60,936 nt of DNA from assembly GCA_016207245.1 (NCBI GenBank), contig JACQQA010000007.1:1-60936 (forward strand), given 5' to 3'. Below the pieces are notes generated by a model. It did not search any database and was not told the DNA's origin. It saw nothing but the letters and a program-made list of their open reading frames with translations. Below, one piece after another: positions 8,916 through 17,818 of the stretch. Source of the DNA: Candidatus Magasanikiibacteriota bacterium. GTDB lineage: Bacteria; Patescibacteriota; Patescibacteriia; Magasanikbacterales; UBA922. Both the position numbers and the translations under genes were made by a program. Position 1 is the stretch's first letter; every line of letters begins with the position of its first letter.

Positions 8916-9947
8916 ATGCAACATCTCAAATTTTTCTCTCATATCTCCAAATCCGACGTCGCCATCGCCGGAGGAAAAGGCGCATCGTTGGGCGAGATGA
9001 GTAAAGCAAAAATACCAGTGCCGCCCGGGTTCGTGGTGTTGGCGAACGCGTTTGATCGGTTTTTGGAGGAAACGGATTTGAACGCGGAGATAAAGGCGAG
9101 GTTGAAAGAGGTAAATCCGGAAGACACGAATTCAGTTGATAAAGCCAGTAATGTTATCCGCGATACGATTCACGACCACGAGATGCCGAAGGATTTGGCA
9201 GAGGAGATTTTGAAGGCGTTTGATGAATTGTTTGCGACGAACACACCCCCTGCCCCTATCCGAGAGGGGAGGTTGGTGGCCGTGCGATCAAGCGCGACGG
9301 CAGAGGATTCGGCGGTGGCGAGCTGGGCCGGAGAGTTGGAAACGTATTTGAATACAACCAGAGAAAATGTGGTGGAAAGAGTTAAAAACTGCTGGTCGTC
9401 TTTGTTCACTCCGCGAGCGATATTTTATCGGCATGAAAAAAAATTGATTGACCACTATGTTTCCGTCGCTGTGGTAATACAAAAAATGATTCAGTCGGAA
9501 ATTTCCGGCATTGCTTTTACAGTGCACCCGGTTACCGAAGATTATGATCAAATGATTATAGAAGCCGGATACGGGCTTGGCGAGGCGATTGTGTCCGGGC
9601 AGATCACGCCGGATAGCTATGTGGTTTCCAAAAGCGCGATGAGTATTGTGGATATTAATGTGGAAGCGCAGACTCGCAAGCTCGTTAAATCAAAAATCTT
9701 CGCTAAAGGCGAATCCGCCTCGGGCGGAATAAATCATAAATCTAAAATCGACAGTAATGAGTGGGTGGAGATTGGAAGTGAGGGCGAGAAACAGAAGCTG
9801 AGCGGGAGGCAGATTATTGAATTAGCGAAAGTTTGTAAAAGAATTGAAGAACATTATGGTTTTCCGTGCGATATTGAGTGGGCCTTTGCGGAAGGAAAAT
9901 TTTACGTGACGCAGTCAAGACCGATAACGACGTTGAAGAAGCTATAA
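8916..9947 (+). CDS. Stand-alone PEP/pyruvate-binding (PPDK_N, ATP-grasp) domain protein
   Basis: AIAGGKGASLGEM, PVPPGFVV, VAVRSSATAEDS, SWAGELETYLN, VAVVIQKMI, IEAGYGLGEAIVSGQITPD and DIEWAF...YVTQSRPIT match the N-terminal nucleotide-binding domain of PpsA/PPDK/RPH. His and TIM domains are absent. Confidence 0.85.
   Translation: MQHLKFFSHISKSDVAIAGGKGASLGEMSKAKIPVPPGFVVLANAFDRFLEETDLNAEIKARLKEVNPEDTNSVDKASNVIRDTIHDHEMPKDLAEEILKAFDELFATNTPPAPIREGRLVAVRSSATAEDSAVASWAGELETYLNTTRENVVERVKNCWSSLFTPRAIFYRHEKKLIDHYVSVAVVIQKMIQSEISGIAFTVHPVTEDYDQMIIEAGYGLGEAIVSGQITPDSYVVSKSAMSIVDINVEAQTRKLVKSKIFAKGESASGGINHKSKIDSNEWVEIGSEGEKQKLSGRQIIELAKVCKRIEEHYGFPCDIEWAFAEGKFYVTQSRPITTLKKL
9687..9749. repeat. Family-C-like short element in frame in the ATP-grasp gene
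   Basis: aaatcaaaaatcttcgctaaaggcgaatccgcctcgggcggaataaatcataaatctaaaatc, read as KSKIFAKGESASGGINHKSKI. It has the same flanking aaatc(t/a)aaaatc words as 22021 and 45192. Confidence 0.6.
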
Positions 9948-10049
9948 GCCGTAAGTCTTAAGCCATAAGTTTATGGAGGGGTTGGAGAAGTTTAGAAAAT
10001 TAAAAGTTTAAAAAGTAGTCTTAGCTAGGTATTACTTATGGCTTAAGGT

Positions 10050-10231
10050 GTAAGAATTAGTCGCGTTGTTTATACTTTTACGAGCTTTATGTGGCAAATA
10101 AGTCATTGCGAGGAGCTCGCGCGACGAAGCAATCCAGCAATCGCATGGGAACGCGATAACGGTGTGGATTGCTTCGCCTGCGAAGGCTCGCAATGACTTT
10201 AAGAAATATAAACAACGCTACCGATTCTTAC
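10050..10231. repeat. Complete nested palindromic MITE-like element
   Basis: Outer arms are 10050-10075 and 10206-10231 (22/26 complementary). The inner 96-bp palindrome 10102-10197 runs gtcattgcgagg...ctcgcaatgac. Positions 10050-10189 are the reverse complement of 1-140. Confidence 0.85.
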
Positions 10232-10256
10232 ACTTAAGGCTGATAACTTAGGGCTT

Positions 10257-11525
10257 ATGAACGAAGGGATGGAAAAAATATCATCGCGGCATTATTGGAA
10301 ATTGTGGCTGGTTTTGATATTGGTCGGCGCGAGTTTCGGCGCCGGATTATTTTTAGGCAAAGTTTGGCAGATGAAAGACTTGGTTAGTGATAAAAAAGGC
10401 GCTGTTGAAATAACAAAAGTTCTTAATTTATATTCAAAAAGCCGGTCTTCGTCAGCGGACTTTGAGCAGTTTTGGGCTTTGTGGAATAAAGTAAAAGAAA
10501 AATTCGTTGACCAGCCGGTTGATGATGTCAAATTGTTCTATGGCGCTTTGCAGGGCGTAGTGTCGGGTTTGGGAGATCCGTATTCAATGTATTTTCCGCC
10601 CAAGCAAGCGGAAGAATTTGCCGAAGAATTATCCGGCGAGTTTGAAGGTATTGGCGCGGAAATCGGAATTAAAGAAAACCAGCTGGTAATCATCGCGCCT
10701 TTGTCCGGTTCGCCGGCGGAAAAAGCGGGGATAAAATCCGGCGATAAAATTTATTTGATTGACGGCGAGGAAACTTACGGTTTATCTTTGGATAAAGCGG
10801 TAGCTAAAATCCGCGGGCCAAAAGGCACGGCGGTAAAATTAACCATCAGCCACGATGGTTTGCAAGAGGTGCAAGAAATAACGATTGTCAGAGATACGAT
10901 TGTCGTGCCGAATGTTACTTGGGAGATTAAAGATAAAAATATCGCTTATTTGCGCGTCAGTAGTTTTAACGATGACACCTGGGATCAATTTGATAAAGCC
11001 ATTAAAGAAATAAAATTAAAATCCGCGAAAGGCATTGTTTTGGATTTGCGCAGCAACCCGGGCGGTTATTTGGACACGGCGATATCTGTCGCCAGCGAAT
11101 GGATTAAGTCGGGTAATATCGTGACGGAAAAATTTAGCGGCGGGCGGGAGAATAATCACGCCACAATCGGCGCGCACCGCTTGCTTGGCGTGCCGACCGC
11201 GGTTTTGGTTGACGGCGGCTCCGCTTCCGCGTCGGAAATCGTGGCTGGCGCTTTGCAGGACTACGGGGTCGCGAAACTCATCGGCGCGAAGACTTATGGC
11301 AAAGGTTCGGTGCAAGATTTTGAGGTTTTGCCGGACGGCTCCGCCCTAAAACTCACAGTCGCGCGCTGGTACACGCCGAAAGACCGGCAAATTGATAAAG
11401 AAGGAATTATGCCGGATGTGGTTTTGGATAAGATGGTGGAGAGCGTGACTTCCACGGCGGGTGTTGTGGAGTATAAAGATTTAGGATTGGAGAAGGCGAT
11501 TGAAATCCTAACTCCGAAATCATAA
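10257..11525 (+). CDS. ctpA: S41-family carboxyl-terminal processing peptidase
   Basis: N-terminal TM, a PDZ region (GIGAEIG...SPAEKAGIKSGDKI), DLRSNPGGYL, and VLVDGGSASASEIVAGALQD...GKGSVQ. Confidence 0.9.
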   Translation: MNEGMEKISSRHYWKLWLVLILVGASFGAGLFLGKVWQMKDLVSDKKGAVEITKVLNLYSKSRSSSADFEQFWALWNKVKEKFVDQPVDDVKLFYGALQGVVSGLGDPYSMYFPPKQAEEFAEELSGEFEGIGAEIGIKENQLVIIAPLSGSPAEKAGIKSGDKIYLIDGEETYGLSLDKAVAKIRGPKGTAVKLTISHDGLQEVQEITIVRDTIVVPNVTWEIKDKNIAYLRVSSFNDDTWDQFDKAIKEIKLKSAKGIVLDLRSNPGGYLDTAISVASEWIKSGNIVTEKFSGGRENNHATIGAHRLLGVPTAVLVDGGSASASEIVAGALQDYGVAKLIGAKTYGKGSVQDFEVLPDGSALKLTVARWYTPKDRQIDKEGIMPDVVLDKMVESVTSTAGVVEYKDLGLEKAIEILTPKS

Positions 11526-11564
11526 CTCATAACTCCCAATTCTAAAATCCTAACTTTAAAATCT

Positions 11565-11954
11565 ATGGAGGGGGATTTTTCTAAATCGGATCGGGAAGAA
11601 TTTAAGAAACAGCTAAAGGCGAGGATATATAATTGGACAGTTAGGCTGACAAAACATGCAAGAAAGATAATAAAAAACCTACCAAATGAGTTGCACTCAA
11701 TTATTGATCAATTAATTCGTGCCGGAACAAGTGTTTGCGCAAATTACGTTGAAGCGCAGGGTTCACCAACGACGAAAGATTTTAGGAATTTTTTGTCTTA
11801 CGCGTTGAAGTCTTGTAATGAATCTAAATACTGGCTTTCTCTAATTAAAGATAGTAAGATAGACGAGGGTGAAGAGTTGAAGTGGTTGATAAAAGAAGGA
11901 ATTGAGATTTCAAATATTCTTGGCAAGAGCGTGTCGACAATGTATAGAAGTTAG
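11565..11954 (+). CDS. Four-helix-bundle protein (23S rRNA intervening-sequence protein family)
   Basis: GTSVCANYVEAQGSPTTKDFRNFLSYALKSCNESKYWLSLI is the typical signature. Confidence 0.7.
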   Translation: MEGDFSKSDREEFKKQLKARIYNWTVRLTKHARKIIKNLPNELHSIIDQLIRAGTSVCANYVEAQGSPTTKDFRNFLSYALKSCNESKYWLSLIKDSKIDEGEELKWLIKEGIEISNILGKSVSTMYRS

Positions 11955-12298
11955 CTTGCAAAAAAACCTCTGATTTTTTTAATATCTTTTTTGATTTTTT
12001 CTTTTAGTTGTTTTTGAGTTTTTGTGACCACCATTTCCGAAATTTTTTGTATCGGATTAACTTTTAAAACTGCTCCGTAAAAATCAGAACCCTTATAATC
12101 TATTAGATACACTTCAACCGTCAAAGGTTCTGTTTGAAAAACCAAAGCGCCTCGGTATTTTCTTTGATTTAGTAAAAATCTTGCCGAGTAAATACCAGTT
12201 TGTAGGTTTATTTTATCTTTGTGGGTGTCCAAATTGGCGGTAGGAAAACCCAGTTTTTTTCCAACACCCTTGCCTTTAATTACCATTCCACTAAACAT
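11951..12298 (-). CDS. Monofunctional riboflavin kinase
   Basis: GKGVGKKLGFPTANL...GIY...VEVYLIDYKGSDFYG matches the RibF C-terminal kinase-domain pattern. Length is 115 aa. Confidence 0.75.
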   Translation of the reverse strand: MFSGMVIKGKGVGKKLGFPTANLDTHKDKINLQTGIYSARFLLNQRKYRGALVFQTEPLTVEVYLIDYKGSDFYGAVLKVNPIQKISEMVVTKTQKQLKEKIKKDIKKIRGFFAS

Positions 12299-12360
12299 AA
12301 GAAGTCGGGATTTATGGTTTCTGAATTCGGAGTTAGGATTTTAGATTTAAGAGTTATGAT

Positions 12361-13212
12361 TTACACCCTCTCTATCCAATGCTTATCAACCTCTACCTCT
12401 AATTCAAGGTAGATTTTTTTATTCAGCGCGGCTTCCAGCTCGCGGCGGGCCATTTGGCCGACTTCTTTGATTTTTTGGCCGTTGCGGCCGATGATAATTT
12501 TTTTGTATCTTTCCTGATTGGTTAGGATTCGCGCGGAAATGACTGTGATGGCTTTTTTTTCTTCCACATTGTCAACTTCCACGGTAATGGCGTAAGGGAC
12601 TTCTTTTTCAAAAACCGAAAAAACTTTTTCCCGAATAATTTCTCCGATCCAAAAATAGTTATCAATATTGGTCCACTGTTCAGGCGGGTACATCGGCTCG
12701 CCTTCCGGCAAAAGTTCCAACACTTTTTCTTTAAGCGGTTTGATGTGGCTGGCGCGCAGAGCCGACAGTTTGAATACGCCATTAAATTCTTTGCCCCAAG
12801 CTTCATAATCAACTTCAAATTTTCGTTCGTCTGGCGGCAAGTCGGATTTATTAATTACCAAAAGTTTAGGAATATTCAGATGTCTTACCATGCCAAATGC
12901 CGCGCGTTCTTCCTGGCCGATTTCGCGCGACGGGTCAACCACGTAAACAATTAAATCCAGTTCTTGTTCCAGCAGACTGACGACTTTGTTTACTAATTTC
13001 GCGCTTAAAGGATTTTTTTTGTCTTTAAAAATACCTGGCGTGTCAACAAACACCGCTTGCGCTTCCGGTGTGGTAATTACGCCGTGGATTTCGTTTCTGG
13101 TCATTTGCGGACGAAAAGAAGTGGCGGCGATTTTGGTGCCGACCAGAGTGTTCAGTAGAGTGGATTTTCCCACATTAGAGCGGCCGATTAAAGCCACAAC
13201 GCCAGACCTCAT
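12361..13212 (-). CDS. era: GTPase Era
   Basis: GRSNVGKSTLLN (G1), DTPG, NKSD and a C-terminal KH domain. I prefer the ATG at 13212 (MRSGVVALIG) over the track start at 13239. Confidence 0.9.
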   Translation of the reverse strand: MRSGVVALIGRSNVGKSTLLNTLVGTKIAATSFRPQMTRNEIHGVITTPEAQAVFVDTPGIFKDKKNPLSAKLVNKVVSLLEQELDLIVYVVDPSREIGQEERAAFGMVRHLNIPKLLVINKSDLPPDERKFEVDYEAWGKEFNGVFKLSALRASHIKPLKEKVLELLPEGEPMYPPEQWTNIDNYFWIGEIIREKVFSVFEKEVPYAITVEVDNVEEKKAITVISARILTNQERYKKIIIGRNGQKIKEVGQMARRELEAALNKKIYLELEVEVDKHWIERV

Positions 13213-13334
13213 AATACTAATATACGAATAGAGTACCAATGATACTAATGGATACTAATTTTCTTTAATGACGGCTTGTATAATAACACCACCTTGTTAT
13301 TATTTCAAGGGGGTTGTATAATAGCATAAATAAT

Positions 13335-13781
13335 ATGAAAGTTATACTGTTGAAGGAGGTGCAAAATATTGGGAGTAGGGGAGAAATAAAAGAGGTCGCG
13401 GATGGGTACGCGCGGAATTTTTTGTTTCGACAAGGCCTTGCCAAAGCGGCCACGGCTGTGGCGATTGAATCAATCAAGGCGATGGAAGAAAAAAAAGCGC
13501 GAGAGATGAAGCGCGAGCTGGCCGAAAGCCAAAAAATAGCGAGCCGGTTAGACGGAGTAGAAATTGAAATTTTCGCGAAAGTGAGTGATACCAACACGCT
13601 TTATTCCGGAGTGGGTGCGGAACAAATCACCCGCGCTGTCCGCAAACAGTTGGGGGTTGATTTAAAAGCTGGACAAGTTGATTTGCGAAAGGGAATTAAA
13701 GAATGCGGCGAGCATCGCGTTAAAATAAAATTCCCGCATGGTTTGGAAGCGGAATTAATTGTCAGAGTATCTGCCGAGTGA
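13335..13781 (+). CDS. rplI: 50S ribosomal protein L9
   Basis: [30 protein letters not shown] is the canonical L9 N-terminus. An internal ATG is preferred to the track start at 13314. Confidence 0.9.
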   Translation: MKVILLKEVQNIGSRGEIKEVADGYARNFLFRQGLAKAATAVAIESIKAMEEKKAREMKRELAESQKIASRLDGVEIEIFAKVSDTNTLYSGVGAEQITRAVRKQLGVDLKAGQVDLRKGIKECGEHRVKIKFPHGLEAELIVRVSAE

Positions 13782-13788
13782 TTAACGC

Positions 13789-13812
13789 CCCTCCGTCCGC
13801 GGAGGGATTTTT
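13789..13812 (+). terminator. Intrinsic terminator after rplI
   Basis: ccctccg / tccg / cggaggg followed by atttttaatt. Confidence 0.6.
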
Positions 13813-13830
13813 AATTAAAAATTATGTTTT

Positions 13831-15483
13831 ATGATTACTAAAAAAGCTCGTAAGTACATATTCGTTGTTGGTGGGGTTTTGAGCGGAGTAGGGAAGGGAG
13901 TAACTTGCGCGTCGCTGGGCGCGATTTTTAAAGCCAAGGGGTTTAAAGTTACCGCGCTTAAAATTGACCCATATATCAATGTTGACGCCGGCACAATGAA
14001 TCCTGTTGAGCACGGCGAAGTGTTTGTTACCGACGATGGCGATGAAACTGATCAGGATATGGGGAATTACGAGCGTTTTTTAGATGTGGATTTAAGCTCG
14101 GAAAGTTACATGACCACCGGCCGAGTTTATTTAACCGTGATTCAAAACGAGCGCGCCATGAAATACAAGGGCAAATGCGTGCAAGTGGTGCCGCATGTGC
14201 CGGAAGAAATCATCAGACGGATTGATAACGCGGCTGATAAGCACAATGCCGAGATTGCGTTGATTGAGGTTGGCGGGACGGTGGGGGAATATGAAAATAT
14301 TTTGTTTTTGGAAGCGGCGAGGATTTTAAAATTAAAACATCCGAGCGATGTTGCTTTTATTTTAGTCAGTTACCTGCCAATTCCCAGCCATCTTGGCGAA
14401 ATGAAAACCAAACCGACCCAGCACGCGGCGCGCGCTTTGAATAGCGTTGGCATTAACGCGGACTTTATCATCGCGCGCGGGAAAACCGAACTGGATAAGC
14501 CAAGGCGCGAGAAGTTGGCGATTTTTTGCAATGTTCCGGCCGATAACTGTGTTTCCGCGCCTGATGTGGCGTCAATTTATGAGATTCCGCTGTTATTGGA
14601 CAAAGAAAATGTCTGTAATAAATTATTAAAAATGATGCACTTGCGTCCGCGGCGGAAAGATTTGGTTGAGTGGAAAGATTTAAATAAAAAAATTGTCAAA
14701 GCCAAAAAAGAAGTAAAAATTGCGGTAGTCGGGAAATATTTCGGCACCGGCGAATTCACTTTGGCCGATTCGTACATTTCCGTGATTGAAGCGATAAAAC
14801 ATGCGTCTTGGTTTAATAATGTCAAACCGGTTTTGGATTGGATTGATTCCGAGGATTTTGAGAATGATTTGAGTAAGATAAATATTTTACGTGAATATGA
14901 CGGCGTGGTGGTGCCGGGTGGATTTGGCAGCCGCGGGGTTGAAGGCGTAATTATGGCGATTAAATTCGCGCGGGAGAATAAACTGCCTTATTTGGGACTA
15001 TGCTACGGCATGCAGTTAGCTTGCGTGGAATTCGCGCGTAATGTGTTGATCAAGAAGAAAGCGAACACAGTTGAAGTTGACGCGGAAACTCCGGATCCGA
15101 TTATCCACATCAGTCCCATTCAAGCCAAGAATGTGCGAGAAAATCGTTATGGCGGGACAATGCGATTGGGCGCGTATGATTGTGTTTTATCAGCCGGAAG
15201 CAAAACACAAAAAGCGTATGGCGTTGACAAAGTCAGCGAACGCCATCGCCACCGTTATGAATTTAATAATGATTATCGCGGGATGATTGGAGATGCGGGT
15301 TTGCAAATTGTCGGCATTAACCCGGAATCAAATTTAGTGGAGATAGTTGAGTTGAAAAATCATCCTTTTTTCGTCGGTACGCAGTTTCATCCGGAATTTA
15401 AATCCCGTCCGATGCGTCCTCATCCGCTGTTTAGGGAGTTTGTGCGGGCAAGTATATCAAGTAAATTAAAAAATAGCGCTTAA
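13831..15483 (+). CDS. pyrG: CTP synthase
   Basis: N-terminal KYIFVVGGVLSGVGKG, IDPYINVDAGTM, and a C-terminal glutamine amidotransferase domain (GLCYGMQ, HRHRYEFN). Confidence 0.95.
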   Translation: MITKKARKYIFVVGGVLSGVGKGVTCASLGAIFKAKGFKVTALKIDPYINVDAGTMNPVEHGEVFVTDDGDETDQDMGNYERFLDVDLSSESYMTTGRVYLTVIQNERAMKYKGKCVQVVPHVPEEIIRRIDNAADKHNAEIALIEVGGTVGEYENILFLEAARILKLKHPSDVAFILVSYLPIPSHLGEMKTKPTQHAARALNSVGINADFIIARGKTELDKPRREKLAIFCNVPADNCVSAPDVASIYEIPLLLDKENVCNKLLKMMHLRPRRKDLVEWKDLNKKIVKAKKEVKIAVVGKYFGTGEFTLADSYISVIEAIKHASWFNNVKPVLDWIDSEDFENDLSKINILREYDGVVVPGGFGSRGVEGVIMAIKFARENKLPYLGLCYGMQLACVEFARNVLIKKKANTVEVDAETPDPIIHISPIQAKNVRENRYGGTMRLGAYDCVLSAGSKTQKAYGVDKVSERHRHRYEFNNDYRGMIGDAGLQIVGINPESNLVEIVELKNHPFFVGTQFHPEFKSRPMRPHPLFREFVRASISSKLKNSA

Positions 15484-15498
15484 GCGCTATTTTTTAAT

Positions 15499-15777
15499 TT
15501 ACTTCTTCAACGCATCTTTCAATCCTTTGCCAGCCTTAAACTTCGGTACTCTGACCGGCGGGATTTGAATTTTTTCCGTTGGCCTCTGAGGATTAACGCC
15601 GACGCGGCCGGCGCGGGTGCGGGAGCTGAAAGCCCCGAAACCGGCGATGTTTACTTCGCCGTTGGCAACCAAAGTGCTGGTAACGATGTCAACCAACGCT
15701 TCCACCATTGCCTCGGCTTCTTTTTTAGAAGTACCCACTTTCTCGGAAATTTTTTGCGATAGTTCTGCTTTGTTCAT
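15499..15777 (-). CDS. hup: HU-family DNA-binding protein
   Basis: MNKAELSQKISEKVGTSKKEAEAMVEALVD...GFGAFSSRTRAGRVGVNPQRPTEKIQIP. The ATG at 15777 (M40 of the track ORF) gives the canonical ~92 aa. Confidence 0.9.
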   Translation of the reverse strand: MNKAELSQKISEKVGTSKKEAEAMVEALVDIVTSTLVANGEVNIAGFGAFSSRTRAGRVGVNPQRPTEKIQIPPVRVPKFKAGKGLKDALKK

Positions 15778-15979
15778 AGATTTTAGATTAACGAAAATTA
15801 AAAAACCGCTTAACTTACATACATAATATAGCATTTTAAACAAATAGACGTCAATAGAGCCAAAAATGTTATCCACAGTTGTAAATTTATTCACATAATG
15901 AAAAAAATCACCGACGATTATTACGTCAGTGATTTAATTTTTATTAGTGTAGATTAGTGGTCGTGTATTAGTGGGCTAT

Positions 15980-17515
15980 TTACCTGGCGTATTCAATCAC
16001 CCTCGTCTCTCGAATCACCGCCACTTTGATTTCACCCGGATATTGCAATTCGTTTTCGATTTTTCGGGCAATATCCTTGGCGAGATTATAAGCGGCGTAG
16101 TCATCTATCGCTTCCGGTTTGACGAACACGCGGACTTCGCGACCGGCTTGGATGGCGTAAACTTTTTCAATGCCCGGAAAATTACCGGCGGTTTTCTCCA
16201 AATCTTCCAAACGCGCGACATATTGTTCATAAGTGTCGCGCCGCGCTCCGACTCGCGCGCCGGAGATGGCGTCAGCGGCTTTGACAATCTGCGTGATTAA
16301 CAGTGTCGGTTTATCTTCATGATGATTTAACGCGGCATCCTGCATGTCGGCATCCAAGCCGAATTTTTTCAAGATGGTCGCGCCGATTTCCGGATGGCTG
16401 CCTTGAGTTTCTTGGTCAACCGCTTTGCCGATGTCGTGGAACAGCCCGGCTTTTTTAGCTTTGGCCGCGTCCACTCCGAGCTCCGCGGCGATTAAACCGG
16501 AAAGATATGCCACTTCCATTGAATGATTTAAAATATTTTGGCCATAGCTGGTGCGGTATTTGAGCCGGCCAACGATTGAAACAAGTTTGGGGTCAATGCC
16601 GGTAATGCCGAGCTGGTAAAGTGTTTCTTCGCCGACTTTTTTAATATCCAGCGATAATTCTTTTTTCGCTTCTTCAATAAACATTTCAATTCTGGCCGGC
16701 TGGATACGTCCGTCTTTAATTAATTTTTCCAATGCCAAAGCGCAGACGCGGCGGCGGATCGGGGAGAAGCTGGAAACTAAAATCATGTCCGGAGTTTCAT
16801 CAATAATCAACTCACAACCGGTTAATTTTTCAATGGTTTTGATGTTGCGGCCGTCTTTACCGATAATCCGCCCTTTCATTTCCTCGCTGGGCAAGGCGAC
16901 CGAGCTGGATGTGGTTTCCGAAGAATGATTCGTCGCGCAGCGCTGAATCGCGTCTAAAACAATTTCCCGCGCTTTTTCTTCATAAGTTTCGCTGTTCATT
17001 TTTTCCACTTTCATCAGCCGGACCATCAAATCTTCTTTACTGTTTTCTTCAACCACTTTGAAAAGTTCTTCTTTGGCCTGTTCTTTAGTATAACCCGCGA
17101 CAGTCTGCAATTTTTCCATGGCGGACAGATGAGCGTTGTCAATGCGGGTTTTTATTTCTTGAATTTCTTCAACTTTTTTTTGCAATTTGGTTTTCCGGTC
17201 TTCAAATTCCAGCAGTTTTTGATCAAACATTGATTCGCGCTGTTCCAAACGGGATTGAATCTGGCGCAATTCGCGATGCCTCTGCTCTTCTTCTCTTTTG
17301 GCGTCGTCAATTAGTTTGATCGCCTTTTCTTTGGCTTTGAGCAAAAGTTCCTGTTCTTTGTTTTTTGCCTCGCTGATGATTTTTTCCATTCTGGCCTCGG
17401 CCGAGTTTACTTGCGCTTGAGCAAGTTTTTTGCGCAAAATATAGCCGAGCAAGATACCAATCGCAATGCCTCCGCCCAATGCTGAAATCGCGAGAGTGAT
17501 TAATGATGTTGACAT
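15980..17515 (-). CDS. rny: Ribonuclease Y
   Basis: N-terminal TM, coiled coil, KH domain (GRIIGKDGRNIK) and HD domain (LFHDIGKA). Confidence 0.9.
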   Translation of the reverse strand: MSTSLITLAISALGGGIAIGILLGYILRKKLAQAQVNSAEARMEKIISEAKNKEQELLLKAKEKAIKLIDDAKREEEQRHRELRQIQSRLEQRESMFDQKLLEFEDRKTKLQKKVEEIQEIKTRIDNAHLSAMEKLQTVAGYTKEQAKEELFKVVEENSKEDLMVRLMKVEKMNSETYEEKAREIVLDAIQRCATNHSSETTSSSVALPSEEMKGRIIGKDGRNIKTIEKLTGCELIIDETPDMILVSSFSPIRRRVCALALEKLIKDGRIQPARIEMFIEEAKKELSLDIKKVGEETLYQLGITGIDPKLVSIVGRLKYRTSYGQNILNHSMEVAYLSGLIAAELGVDAAKAKKAGLFHDIGKAVDQETQGSHPEIGATILKKFGLDADMQDAALNHHEDKPTLLITQIVKAADAISGARVGARRDTYEQYVARLEDLEKTAGNFPGIEKVYAIQAGREVRVFVKPEAIDDYAAYNLAKDIARKIENELQYPGEIKVAVIRETRVIEYAR

Positions 17516-17818
17516 ACAAAAAATTTCCCAAGTGATAAGGGAGTGTGTAAGTTATTTCGCGAAGATGCTTAATCGGCAATCACAAGATTGCCATGAAGAA
17601 AAAATCTACTTGAGAAGAATTTATAAGATTCTGAATTTAGCATGGTATATAATAACATTCTGCTCGTTTTTTGCTTATTTAAGCGAACCCTTCGCTAACT
17701 TATCAGCCTTATCACAATTAAAGTTAGTTAAGTTTGGTTAGATTATAACAGAATGTTTTGAGGTTGTCAAGTTTGGCTGAAATTAGCGAAACGAATGTTT
17801 GTGTGTTAGAATATCAGT

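Noticed and set aside
1-10231. A composite transposon or IS-bounded island.
   Set aside because: The bracketing inverted repeats are real, but no transposase, integrase or recombinase ORF lies between or next to them, and I could not identify target-site duplications. I reported it as a repeat-bracketed cluster only.
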